A stretch of 64,000 nucleotides of DNA from an uncultured Clostridia bacterium (GCA_947630555.1 CANRIA010000002.1:112482-176481); one strand, 5' to 3'. Counted from the stretch's first letter, positions 9,513 through 19,232 are shown. The notes: a model not told the origin generated them from the sequence alone. Translations and numbers: made by a program.

Positions 9513-10676
9513 CTATTTCCCCTCCATCAACATCTGTTTCGGCTTGCGGTGGGAGAATATCGCGATTATCATAATTACGCTGATGAGTATCATAAAAGCA
9601 TACATCATCACGCTGAAAAGCACGTTGTTTTGCAATATAACTGCGCCAAGCTTTTCTGCCTGACCGGTAAGGTCAATTATCTTCATGGCAATTAGCAGCA
9701 GCGCCGCCGAAATTACTTCAATTACCGCGATCATCGCAGTGTTTACTGCAATGCAGTCTTTTAGCGATGCGCCGCACAGATACAGTACTGCGTGCGTTTT
9801 AAGGCACAAAACGGTTATTATGCTTACGCAGCATATTGTGCCCAGCATGGCAATTATGCCTACGCACACAGCAACGGGAAATATCTTTTTCAGGTTATCA
9901 TTGACATAGGTCTTGCTGCGCTCGTTTATCTCAGAAAGCGGCACGAACATACCGTCGCCTGAGTGTATTATCTCGTCATTATACGCTCTTTCTTCGTCGG
10001 TGGGAGGGAAGTTGTAATAAAGAAATTTCATTGTATTGGGCGCAAGAGCTTCATCTTTTACGGTCGAATACGCGGCTATCACAACAGGCTGCCTGTCGCT
10101 TTCGCTGTTGTATTCATCATAAAGATCTGAAACTTTCATTTCAAGAGAGCATTTTTGCAAAGATGGGATATAAGTATTCTCGGTAAGCACGCCGCTTATT
10201 TTTATTTTTGTACTGCCAACATTCACAGTGTCGCCGACCGCAATATCGCTGTTGCAGGTCACTACCGCACCTGAATAGCTGCCCTTTGAAAGCGGCATTG
10301 ACAGCGCGTTATATATTTCATCAGGCAGGGCTAAAACACTATACGGCTCGTTTGAAAAATACCGATAAACTTCGGTATACCCAACATCGCCTTTCAGCTT
10401 GTCGAACATTTCATAAAAAATATCATTACCCGAAACAGGCTCGCTGAGGTCATTGCCGTTTTCATCAAAGCGCAAATCATCATAAAACATAAACAGACCG
10501 TCTTTTGAAAGTATATCTTCAAACGGCACATACAGCATATTGCGCGAGTTGTAGTTGCCTATCGCGATATTCAAAGCGCACAGCACCGCGGTCAGCTGTA
10601 TAATTATTATCGCGCACATAAGTTTGTATCTGCTGAAAATTTTGCAGCCGTATTTTGCATAAGCAGTTATTTTCAT
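9513..10676 (-). CDS. FtsX-like (MacB-type) ABC permease-family membrane protein, no cognate ATPase nearby
   Basis: ATG at 10676 follows AAGGAGGTG. The layout is one N-terminal TM, an extracytoplasmic domain of about 230 aa, then three C-terminal TMs with an FtsX-type loop (AVLYLCGASLKDCIAV). Confidence 0.7.
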   Translation of the reverse strand: MKITAYAKYGCKIFSRYKLMCAIIIIQLTAVLCALNIAIGNYNSRNMLYVPFEDILSKDGLFMFYDDLRFDENGNDLSEPVSGNDIFYEMFDKLKGDVGYTEVYRYFSNEPYSVLALPDEIYNALSMPLSKGSYSGAVVTCNSDIAVGDTVNVGSTKIKISGVLTENTYIPSLQKCSLEMKVSDLYDEYNSESDRQPVVIAAYSTVKDEALAPNTMKFLYYNFPPTDEERAYNDEIIHSGDGMFVPLSEINERSKTYVNDNLKKIFPVAVCVGIIAMLGTICCVSIITVLCLKTHAVLYLCGASLKDCIAVNTAMIAVIEVISAALLLIAMKIIDLTGQAEKLGAVILQNNVLFSVMMYAFMILISVIMIIAIFSHRKPKQMLMEGK

Positions 10677-10689
10677 AGTCTGCACCTCC

Positions 10690-11778
10690 TTAATTTGTCT
10701 GCGCAAGCGGTTTGGAGGTGAACCGTGACATACAAACTGCCATTATCATTATGCTGATCATGAGGTACGCGCCTGTTACCAGCAGATAATTTTTTGCAGT
10801 GTAACATACGTCTATGCCTCTGAAATACTTCTCTGCGATCGCTTTTAATACTTTGTCGTACAAGATATAGGATACGCATATGCTGAGGGCTGCGTGCAGT
10901 ATAACTTCTGCGGTGTATATCAAGCGGCAGTCGGAAGAAGTCGCGCCGCACAGCCTGAACACGCGCAGGGTGCTTTTGTTTGTCAGATAGATATAGTAAT
11001 AGCAGAAAGAGCAGTTGAACACAGCGAACAATATCATTATCACCGAAACTGCGATCTGCGTGCTGTTTAGCTGTTCGTCAAGCAGTTCAAGACCCTCGGG
11101 CATTTGTATCGAAGACGGCATTAAATACAGCTTTTGCATAAGCTTTTCGATTTCCTGCGCATCGTTATAAGAGGGCTTATTTTTCAGCGTTATAACAATA
11201 TCTCTTACCTTGCAGTCATCGGGAATGTTGTTCATATCGGGAAAAGTAAGATCAAAAGGTACGTCCTCTAAAAATGCGTTTACGGTATAGTCCGAGCCGC
11301 CGATATTTACACTGTCGCCTATCTTTACGCCCTCAAAGGCTTTGCTGCCGGGGTTTATATTTACTATCCTTTTGCCTGTTCCACTTTTGGTAAAATCGCC
11401 GCCGCCCGTTACAAAGCGAAGTTCTTTGCCGCCTGACTGCATGATAGCGAAAGAAGAAAAGCTAGCCGCCTCGTTATTGCAGTCGTCTTTGATAAAGGCA
11501 AGCAGTTCGTTGGTAGCATCAACAAATGTTTTGCCGTCTAAGCAGGTAGAAAACCTGTCCGCATCTGTGACGGCATTATTGTTTTCAAAGGAAACATATA
11601 TTTCTTTCTCGCTTTCCTCTGCGGCTTCAAAAACCGTGAATGCTCTGTATATAAGCCCGAAAACAAAGTATATGCATATAAGCGAAACTATCTGCATGAA
11701 TATGAGAAACACATACAGTGCAGGACGGCTTGTGACGGAGCGTTTTATGTAGGTAAACATAAGCGATGAGTCTGACAT
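10690..11778 (-). CDS. FtsX-like (MacB-type) ABC permease-family membrane protein, paralogue of the downstream gene
   Basis: ATG at 11778 follows AGGAG. The 1 + 3 TM topology is the same and the motif is LRVFRLCGATSSDCRLI. Confidence 0.7.
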   Translation of the reverse strand: MSDSSLMFTYIKRSVTSRPALYVFLIFMQIVSLICIYFVFGLIYRAFTVFEAAEESEKEIYVSFENNNAVTDADRFSTCLDGKTFVDATNELLAFIKDDCNNEAASFSSFAIMQSGGKELRFVTGGGDFTKSGTGKRIVNINPGSKAFEGVKIGDSVNIGGSDYTVNAFLEDVPFDLTFPDMNNIPDDCKVRDIVITLKNKPSYNDAQEIEKLMQKLYLMPSSIQMPEGLELLDEQLNSTQIAVSVIMILFAVFNCSFCYYYIYLTNKSTLRVFRLCGATSSDCRLIYTAEVILHAALSICVSYILYDKVLKAIAEKYFRGIDVCYTAKNYLLVTGAYLMISIMIMAVCMSRFTSKPLAQTN

Positions 11779-11912
11779 ATATTTCACTCCTGTTCATTAA
11801 ATTTGTCAATGTAAATTATTATCAGTTTTATTATAATTCATCACAAAAACCAAGTCAATAATGTACAGGAAATTAAAAGGTAGTCTTAATATAATTTTAA
11901 GAAACATGCGAG

Positions 11913-12593
11913 CTATGTCAAAATATATGCCTCGCACAGTTTGCCGCCTTTAAGGCACTCGATGATACTTTCATTTTTCCACAGGTACAGGCAGCCGCTG
12001 CCCCTGTTTACGGAAACGACCTTGCCGTTTTCATAAAAGCACATGAATGTGTGAATTTTCACCATATCAAATTTATAAGCAACAATAGCGCATTTTGAAA
12101 CTTTAAGAGCCTCTGTTGCTTTGTCGGGGTCGGTATGTACTGTAAAAGGTACGTCTCTTGACTTTAAAAATTCGCCAAGCTTTTTGTGGTCAGCGCCAAA
12201 GTGACCTGTGGAGATTACATAGGGCGCATTTACTTCAAGCTCGGCAGCTATTTTGAAAAATTCTTCAAAGCCGCTGTCGTTTATATAGTCTGAAAATTTA
12301 AGCGCATTGTAGCAAGCAAGAATCTCGCAGTTCACATCTGACATATCAGCCTTGCAAAAGCGCATTTTGGGAAAGTTTCCGCCATACTGACAATACAGAA
12401 GTTGCTTATCGCAAACGGTTATAACATTTGAATGTTTAAAAGCCTCGGCAGTGCCGCTTTCAACAATATCTGTGTCCTGTGCATCAGGGTCATCTTGCGT
12501 TTTTATTCCGATATTTTTATTTAAAGTATAGTTTTCAAAGGCGTTTTTATAACGCTTATCGCTGACAATATTATCGAATGTTACCCACTGCAT
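11913..12593 (-). CDS. Hypothetical cytoplasmic protein, possible papain-fold Cys/His enzyme
   Basis: ATG at 12593 follows GAGGTG. There is no TM and no Walker motif. A candidate nucleophile sits in VNCEILACYNAL and a candidate His in KIHTFMCFYENG. The family was not recognised. Confidence 0.45.
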   Translation of the reverse strand: MQWVTFDNIVSDKRYKNAFENYTLNKNIGIKTQDDPDAQDTDIVESGTAEAFKHSNVITVCDKQLLYCQYGGNFPKMRFCKADMSDVNCEILACYNALKFSDYINDSGFEEFFKIAAELEVNAPYVISTGHFGADHKKLGEFLKSRDVPFTVHTDPDKATEALKVSKCAIVAYKFDMVKIHTFMCFYENGKVVSVNRGSGCLYLWKNESIIECLKGGKLCEAYILT

Positions 12594-12633
12594 AAATATC
12601 ACCTCAAAATATGTAAAAAATTTTTAATAACTA

Positions 12634-12662
12634 TTGAAAGTAAGCGTTTGATATGTTATAAT
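12634..12662 (+). promoter_or_regulatory. Sigma-A-type promoter for the GH3 gene
   Basis: TTGAAA (12634-12639), a 17-nt spacer, then TATAAT (12657-12662). Confidence 0.55.
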
Positions 12663-12706
12663 AAATTCATGTGGCTATTTTAAATTTGCATGAAAGGATA
12701 TTACAT

Positions 12707-14788
12707 ATGAAAGACTATAAGAACAAAAGCTTGTCCGCGCAGGATAGGGCAGAAGCGCTTGTTGACGAAATGAACATTGCAGAGCAGGCTTCTCAGCTGA
12801 GATTTGATGCCCCTGCTATTGAAAGACTTGAAATTCCCGAATATAACTGGTGGAACGAGGGTCTGCACGGGTTAGCGCGTTCTGGCGTGGCGACAATGTT
12901 TCCTCAGGCAATAGGCATGGCGGCAACGTTTGACACCGAGCTTATCGAAAAAGCAGGAGACATTACTTCTACCGAGGCGCGCGCTAAGTACAACGAGTAC
13001 ACAAAATACGGCGACAGGGATATTTACAAGGGCTTGACTATCTGGGCGCCGAATATAAACATTTTCCGCGATCCGCGCTGGGGCAGGGGACATGAAACTT
13101 ACGGTGAAGACCCGTTTTTGACCGCTGAATGCGGCAAAGCGTATGTGCGCGGTCTGCAAGGTAACGGAAAGGTGCTGAAAGTGGCTGCCTGTGCAAAACA
13201 TATGGCTGTTCACAGCGGGCCTGAAAGCCTGCGCCACGAGTTTGATGCGGTGGTAACGCCCAAGGATATGGAAGAGACCTATCTGCCTGCGTTTGAAGCG
13301 CTTGTTAAAGATGCAAAGGTTGAAAGCGTTATGGGTGCATATAACCGTGTAAACGGAGAGCCTGCCTGCGCTAATAGGTTCTTTGTACAAAAGCTAGATG
13401 AATGGGGCTTTGACGGCTATTTTGTTTCTGACTGCTGGGCAATACGTGATTTTCACGAACATCATAAAGTTACAAAGTCGCCGATAGAATCGGTCGCTCT
13501 GGCTCTTAAATCAGGCTGCGATGTAAACTGCGGCTGCACCTATGAAAACGTGCTCGATGCTTATGAATACGGCATGATATCGGAAGAAGACATAAGCAAC
13601 GCCTGTGTTCACGCTATGAGAACGCGCATTCGCCTTGGTATGTTTGACGACGGCACGGAATATGATAACATACCCTATGAAGTTGTAGCTTGTAATGAGC
13701 ACAAAGCTGTATCTCTTGAATGTGCAGAAAAATCTATAGTTCTTCTTAAAAACAACGGTGTATTGCCGCTTGGCAAAAACGTAAATACTATTGCAGTCAT
13801 AGGGCCTAATGCAAACAGTTTTGCCGCTCTTGAAGGCAATTATAACGGCACTGCCGACAAATACAACACATTCTTGCTTGGTTTGCAGGACAATTTTGAC
13901 GGCAGAGTAATTTATGCTGAGGGCTGCCACCTTTACAAAGACAGAGTTTCGGGTCTTGCACAGAAAAACGACAGGATAGCCGAAGCTGTAGCTGCCGCGA
14001 AACACAGCGATGTTGCAATTCTCTGCCTTGGTCTTGATGCTACTATTGAGGGAGAAGAGGGTGACACGGGCAATGAGTTTTCATCGGGCGACAAAAACGA
14101 CCTGCGGCTGCCTGAAAGCCAGCGCATACTTCTTGAAGAAGTGAAGAAAGCAGGCAAGCCTGTAATAGTTGTTTGTGCGGCTGGCAGTGCGCTGAACATT
14201 GAGCAGGACGTTGATGCACTGCTTCACGCATGGTACCCGGGCTCTGAAGGTGGAATTGCACTTGCAGAAATACTTCTCGGCAAAATATCTCCTTCGGGCA
14301 AGCTGCCTGTAACATTCTATAAAACTGCCGATGAACTGCCTGATTTTACCGATTATTCTATGAAAAACAGAACATATCGCTATACCTGTGATAATATTCT
14401 TTACCCGTTCGGATATGGTCTTAACTACTCTCGCATAATCTGCTCAGAGCTTAAATATACTGACGGAAACGCTGTTGTAAAGGTATCAAACGAGGGCGAA
14501 TATGACACCGAAGATGTCATTCAGATATACATAAAAGACAGCTGCGAATATGCAGTGCCGCGCCACAGCCTTTGCGGTTTTAAGCGTGTATCACTGAAAG
14601 CAGGGGAATCTAAGACGGTTTCAATACCCGTGCCGCCAAAAGCTTTTACTTCCGTTGACGAGCAGGGCATAAGAAAAGTGCGCTCCGAGCAGTTTACTCT
14701 GTATGCAGGCACACATCAGCCCGATAAACTCAGCGAAACTCTCGACGGCAGCGGTTGCCTTTCGATAGATATAGTTTACAAGCAGTAA
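12707..14788 (+). CDS. Glycoside hydrolase family 3 (beta-glucosidase / beta-xylosidase type)
   Basis: ATG at 12707 follows GAAAGGA. GH3 motifs are present (WWNEGLHG, RDPRWGRGHETYGEDP, GYFVSDCWAI). It has a C-terminal sandwich and fibronectin-like domain. Confidence 0.88.
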   Translation: MKDYKNKSLSAQDRAEALVDEMNIAEQASQLRFDAPAIERLEIPEYNWWNEGLHGLARSGVATMFPQAIGMAATFDTELIEKAGDITSTEARAKYNEYTKYGDRDIYKGLTIWAPNINIFRDPRWGRGHETYGEDPFLTAECGKAYVRGLQGNGKVLKVAACAKHMAVHSGPESLRHEFDAVVTPKDMEETYLPAFEALVKDAKVESVMGAYNRVNGEPACANRFFVQKLDEWGFDGYFVSDCWAIRDFHEHHKVTKSPIESVALALKSGCDVNCGCTYENVLDAYEYGMISEEDISNACVHAMRTRIRLGMFDDGTEYDNIPYEVVACNEHKAVSLECAEKSIVLLKNNGVLPLGKNVNTIAVIGPNANSFAALEGNYNGTADKYNTFLLGLQDNFDGRVIYAEGCHLYKDRVSGLAQKNDRIAEAVAAAKHSDVAILCLGLDATIEGEEGDTGNEFSSGDKNDLRLPESQRILLEEVKKAGKPVIVVCAAGSALNIEQDVDALLHAWYPGSEGGIALAEILLGKISPSGKLPVTFYKTADELPDFTDYSMKNRTYRYTCDNILYPFGYGLNYSRIICSELKYTDGNAVVKVSNEGEYDTEDVIQIYIKDSCEYAVPRHSLCGFKRVSLKAGESKTVSIPVPPKAFTSVDEQGIRKVRSEQFTLYAGTHQPDKLSETLDGSGCLSIDIVYKQ

Positions 14789-14808
14789 GATTAAAAACAC
14801 ATTAAAGA

Positions 14809-14847
14809 AAATCCCATTTGTCGCTAGTGGCAAATGGGATATTTTTT
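14809..14847. terminator. Bidirectional terminator between convergent genes
   Basis: The 10-bp stem atcccatttg/caaatgggat is flanked by an A-run on one side and a T-run on the other. Confidence 0.65.
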
Positions 14848-14855
14848 GCAGATGA

Positions 14856-15068
14856 TCAGATTATATCGTCTTCCTGATTAGGAATGGTGAGCTGCTTCTT
14901 AGGAACGCGCTTTATAGGATCGTACTCCCATTTCTTACAGCTGTAATCTCCTGCAACCAGACCTTGTTTTTCACAGAGGACTTTGTTACCCTCTTTAGCT
15001 CTGTTGCCATAAACGCAGTAAGAGCATGACGGCTGAATATTGTTTCCAAAGTATGTTTTCTTTGCCAT
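14856..15068 (-). CDS. Small Cys-rich hypothetical protein (70 aa)
   Basis: ATG at 15068 follows AAAGGG. Four Cys residues (CSYC .. C .. C) suggest a metal-binding knuckle. The family was not recognised. Confidence 0.5.
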   Translation of the reverse strand: MAKKTYFGNNIQPSCSYCVYGNRAKEGNKVLCEKQGLVAGDYSCKKWEYDPIKRVPKKQLTIPNQEDDII

Positions 15069-15123
15069 AACTGACACCCTTTCATATTAGAATTCATCCT
15101 ACGTAATAATTATACCACACTTT

Positions 15124-16149
15124 TTACTGAAATGCTAGTCTTTTTTTATTAAGAATCATAAATATCATTATTATTAGACAAATTGACGGTGCAAAATTGT
15201 CTATATTGACAACTAGACCGCCAAGTTCTGCACCCGAAGGCATATATCGGTCTGAAAAAGTGCTATAAATGGCCTTAAAAATTATGCCGCTGAGAACAGA
15301 AATGGGTATTCTGAGCAATAGTGTTTTTAATATTGAGAAACTTTTTTTAACGAGAGAGGCATTTTGCAGCCACACGCAAAGACCGCCAAATGATACCAGC
15401 GAGGTACAGCAGGGGAGAAGCGAAAGTTTTGCAGGCGAAAAAGAGGTAACATTTGTAATTTCAAACAGGGGCGCTAAAAGCATGGGGTCAATTGAAAATG
15501 CGGTGCAGGCTTTTTGCAATACCACCGTTACGGCGCTGAATGAAATTATCACCGCACACATTGAAAACATAGCTTTACCGCTGTCTGTTATTGCATCTGT
15601 AAGTGTATAGGCGCTCTGTGTACTTTTGCTTTCGTGTATAGAAGTCTTGCTTATGCTGAACACCCTGTTATATATTATGCATGCCGCCAGATTTGCAATC
15701 ACGCACGAAAGAAACATCATAAAACCTAGGCTTTTGCTTTGGTAAACACACAGACCAACCGCGCCGACAAGAAATGCGGGGCCTGAGCAAAAGCAGTAAG
15801 ATGCGCAGACCTCTGCTTGTTTTGGCGTTATTTCGCCGTTTTTGCACATTTGAGAGAGCATAGTTGCGCCGATAGGATAGCCGCCTATGTTGCTTAAAAT
15901 GAATACTGTCATAAGCCTTGGCGAAAAGCCCAGCAGTTTTGAGGGCAATTTCATAAGCTTTTCAAGGGGTTCAAACAGCCCTTTTGAAACGATATAGCGC
16001 GAAAGCACCATCATTATAAACAGCGAAGGAATTATAACGTTTAAGCATCTTTCAACAGCGGTCAATACGGCAGACGTAATATCCGAAATATAAGCAATAA
16101 CAAAAACAACGGCAGTTATTGCCGCAAGCGCACCTAAAAGCTTTTTCAT
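15124..16149 (-). CDS. ylbJ: Sporulation integral membrane protein YlbJ (nucleoside-recognition/Gate-domain family)
   Basis: It is polytopic. The start was trimmed to MKKLLGALAAI (ATG 16149 after GGGGG). Its position next to yqfC/yqfD fits Clostridia sporulation loci. Confidence 0.7.
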   Translation of the reverse strand: MKKLLGALAAITAVVFVIAYISDITSAVLTAVERCLNVIIPSLFIMMVLSRYIVSKGLFEPLEKLMKLPSKLLGFSPRLMTVFILSNIGGYPIGATMLSQMCKNGEITPKQAEVCASYCFCSGPAFLVGAVGLCVYQSKSLGFMMFLSCVIANLAACIIYNRVFSISKTSIHESKSTQSAYTLTDAITDSGKAMFSMCAVIISFSAVTVVLQKACTAFSIDPMLLAPLFEITNVTSFSPAKLSLLPCCTSLVSFGGLCVWLQNASLVKKSFSILKTLLLRIPISVLSGIIFKAIYSTFSDRYMPSGAELGGLVVNIDNFAPSICLIIMIFMILNKKRLAFQ

Positions 16150-16255
16150 AAAACTACCCCCACAGTTTGTATCTACCTTTATGTATATGACAAAGAAAAA
16201 AACAATATAATTAGTATTGGCAATACTAGCAATACAAATATAAAGGGGCGTTTTT

Positions 16256-16522
16256 ATGAAAGGCACAAAAAAGAAACTTATCTTAAGAGAAATGCTGTGT
16301 CTTAATTCGTACATAAGCATTATAGATGACAGCAGTGTTTTGGTTGAAAATTGCAGATCTATAAACGAATGTAATGAAATAATGGTAAGGGTATCTACAA
16401 AAGAAAACGACGTTGAAATATGGGGCAGCGAACTGAAAGTGACAAACTACACAAACACATCTATGCTGGTAGAGGGCAGGATAAACAGCGTAAATGTTAC
16501 GAGAAAGAGCAGCAGAGTATGA
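16256..16522 (+). CDS. yqfC: Sporulation protein YqfC (YabP family)
   Basis: The 88-aa product shows a YabP-like pattern (..VENCRSI..EIMVRV....EIWGSELKV..). Its stop overlaps the yqfD start (ATGA). Confidence 0.75.
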   Translation: MKGTKKKLILREMLCLNSYISIIDDSSVLVENCRSINECNEIMVRVSTKENDVEIWGSELKVTNYTNTSMLVEGRINSVNVTRKSSRV

Positions 16523-17685
16523 TAACAGAAAAAATCGGCATTGCGCATATAAAGATAGTCGGCGACAGGCGGTATCAGCTTTTGAATGAACTGCTTAGGA
16601 GCAATATAAGCCTTATTGAAATGACTGATGCAGGCGACAGCATTACAGGCGGCATTGAGCTTGGCAAACTTAAAAGATTAAGAAAACTGTGCGATAAATA
16701 TAGTTTGCAGCTTGAAGTTTTGGGCGAGAACGGCGTAGTAATCAAAGGCAAGCGTTATTATAAGCACTATGGGCTGCTTGCAGGCATTATTTTTTCTCTT
16801 GCGGTGATGTTTTATCTTTCAAATATTGTGCTGCATATACGGATAATCGGCGCTGACTACAAAACACGGCAGGAGGTAAATGCCGTTTTAGAAGACTTTG
16901 ATATAGACTTTGGCACGCATATTTCAGATATTGATCTTCACAGCCTTGAAACTGCGCTGACTGACAGAACAGACGACATTGCATGGGCAGGCATTCGTGT
17001 AAACGGCAGCGAACTTGTTATAAACATAAGTCAGGCAACGCAAAAGCCCGATATTAAAGAAAACCGCTATCCTGCAAATATTGTAGCGAAAAGAGATGCG
17101 GTGATCACTGATTTTCAAGTATATTGCGGAAGTATAGATTTTATGCTGGGTGACGGCGTGGCAAAAGGGCAGATTCTTATAGCAGGGGAGTATATTGACC
17201 GCTTCGGGCAGCTGCGCTACAGATATTCTCAGGCAAGTATAACGGGTAGATTTACCGACACGCAGACTTTCTTTGAGCAGTTTCAGAGTATTTCCAAGGA
17301 AATAAACGAGGGCGCTGAAGAAATGAATTTTTTCAGATTTTTTGATACTGATATAAATTTCTTTAAAAAGCCGCCAACAGGCAGATTTATCGAACATGAG
17401 GACATAAGATACTGGAATTTTCTAGGCGTGCAGCTGCCTGTGGGTGTTACATACAAAACATACGACAGCTATGAATACAAAGAAACAGTGCGAAATGAGG
17501 AAGAAACAAGAGAAGCACTCAAAAAAGATATTGAAGATTACGAAAACAATTTTCTTTCTGGCTGCGAGATAATAGACAAAGATGTTAAATATGAAAAGAC
17601 CGACACAGGCATAAAAGCAGTGGTAACATATGTTGCAGAGGGTGAAATAGGCGAAACTCAGATAATATTTCCTGAAAAATCTTAA
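16519..17685 (+). CDS. yqfD: Sporulation protein YqfD (stage IV sporulation protein)
   Basis: ATG at 16519 overlaps the yqfC stop. It has a single mid-protein TM, and the yqfC-yqfD-phoH order is conserved. Confidence 0.75.
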   Translation: MITEKIGIAHIKIVGDRRYQLLNELLRSNISLIEMTDAGDSITGGIELGKLKRLRKLCDKYSLQLEVLGENGVVIKGKRYYKHYGLLAGIIFSLAVMFYLSNIVLHIRIIGADYKTRQEVNAVLEDFDIDFGTHISDIDLHSLETALTDRTDDIAWAGIRVNGSELVINISQATQKPDIKENRYPANIVAKRDAVITDFQVYCGSIDFMLGDGVAKGQILIAGEYIDRFGQLRYRYSQASITGRFTDTQTFFEQFQSISKEINEGAEEMNFFRFFDTDINFFKKPPTGRFIEHEDIRYWNFLGVQLPVGVTYKTYDSYEYKETVRNEEETREALKKDIEDYENNFLSGCEIIDKDVKYEKTDTGIKAVVTYVAEGEIGETQIIFPEKS

Positions 17686-17787
17686 AAAGGTACTTTTAAT
17701 TTCCGCAAAGTTGTGTTATAATGTATATTGGACGGTTGTAAGCATGACTGTTTGGATATTTTGTAAAATTTTACGGTGATAACAAAT

Positions 17788-18741
17788 ATGGCGGAAAGAA
17801 TAATAAATGTTGAGCGCTCAGAGCTTGTACTTAGCCTTTACGGCAGTTTTGACGAAAACATAAGGCTTTTGCAAAAGCAATACAATGTTTCAATAGTCAA
17901 CCGCGACGGTGATATTAAAATAACCGGTGAAGAAGATGATACTTTTAAAGCGGCGCAGGCTATAGAAACGCTTATTTTCCTGGCAGGCAAGGGCGAGCAA
18001 ATAAACGAGCAGACTATAAGATATGTGCTTTCAATGGTCGATGACGGCACGCAGGACGAGCTGAAAAAGCTGACTGACGACGGCATTTGCATAACCATGG
18101 GCGGAAAGATAGTAAAGCCGAAAACTTTGGGACAGAAAAGGTACATCAGCAGCATTAAAGAAAATACTATAGTTATCGGCATAGGCCCTGCCGGCACAGG
18201 TAAGACATATCTTGCGGTTGCAATGGCAGTAAAGGCGTTCAGAGCGCATGAGGTAAACAAGATAATACTTACAAGACCTGCTGTTGAGGCAGGGGAGAAG
18301 CTTGGCTTTTTGCCGGGGGATCTGCAAAACAAGGTAGACCCATATTTAAGACCGCTGTATGATGCTCTTTTTGATATGCTGGGGCCTGAGGCATTTGCGC
18401 GTCAGCAGGAGAGAGGGTGCATAGAAGTTGCACCGCTTGCCTATATGCGCGGCAGAACGCTTGACGACAGCTTTATAATCCTTGATGAGGCGCAGAACAC
18501 CACGCCCGAGCAGATGAAAATGTTCCTGACCCGCCTTGGCTTTAACAGCAAGATAGTTATAACTGGCGATATTACGCAGATAGACCTGCCCGACAAGAGA
18601 AAGTCGGGACTGGTAGAAGCTGTGAAAGTCTTGAAAAATGTTGAGGATATATCTATAAACAGATTTACTGAAAAAGACGTTGTAAGGCACAAGCTGGTTC
18701 AGGATATAATTAAAGCTTACGACAAGTATTACAATCAGTAG
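17788..18741 (+). CDS. phoH: PhoH-like ATPase
   Basis: Walker A is GPAGTGKTYLAV, Walker B is FIILDEAQN, and the PhoH motif is ITGDITQIDLP. Confidence 0.9.
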   Translation: MAERIINVERSELVLSLYGSFDENIRLLQKQYNVSIVNRDGDIKITGEEDDTFKAAQAIETLIFLAGKGEQINEQTIRYVLSMVDDGTQDELKKLTDDGICITMGGKIVKPKTLGQKRYISSIKENTIVIGIGPAGTGKTYLAVAMAVKAFRAHEVNKIILTRPAVEAGEKLGFLPGDLQNKVDPYLRPLYDALFDMLGPEAFARQQERGCIEVAPLAYMRGRTLDDSFIILDEAQNTTPEQMKMFLTRLGFNSKIVITGDITQIDLPDKRKSGLVEAVKVLKNVEDISINRFTEKDVVRHKLVQDIIKAYDKYYNQ

Positions 18742-18749
18742 GTGACAAT

Positions 18750-19232
18750 ATGGGAAAAACAAAAGTGCTGTTTTCAAATTCACAAAAGATATATAAGATA
18801 ACGCCGCAGCTTCGCTCTCTGATAAGGCGGTGCTGCGAGCAGACTCTTGCTTTTGAAGATATAGACGACAATGCACAGGTGAGCGTTACTTTTGTAGATA
18901 ACGAAGAAATTCACGCGCTGAATAAAGAGTACAGAAACGTTGACAGACCGACTGATGTGCTGTCTTTTCCTCTGGGTGATGAAAACGGTTTTGACGTTGA
19001 CAATTCCAGCAATGCTATTTTGCTTGGGGATATAGTTATATCGGTTGAAAAGGCTATAGCGCAGGCTGAGGAGTACGGACATTCAACAGAGCGCGAGATA
19101 GCGTTTCTTACGGTGCATTCAATGCTGCATCTTTTGGGGTATGACCACGAAACGAGCGAGCAGGACGAAAAAGATATGTTTGCAAAGCAGGAAGAGATAC
19201 TCTCACAGCTTGGCATAACACGAGATACATAA
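18750..19232 (+). CDS. ybeY: rRNA maturation endoribonuclease YbeY
   Basis: It carries the zinc motif HSMLHLLGYDH. Confidence 0.92.
   Translation: MGKTKVLFSNSQKIYKITPQLRSLIRRCCEQTLAFEDIDDNAQVSVTFVDNEEIHALNKEYRNVDRPTDVLSFPLGDENGFDVDNSSNAILLGDIVISVEKAIAQAEEYGHSTEREIAFLTVHSMLHLLGYDHETSEQDEKDMFAKQEEILSQLGITRDT

Noticed and set aside
15124-16320. The long N-terminal extensions of the ylbJ ORF (to 16320) and the hprK ORF (to 50513).
   Set aside because: The extensions have no RBS and overlap the divergent yqfC gene or the upstream ynbB-like gene. Internal ATGs with good RBSs (16149 and 50405) give canonical N-termini.
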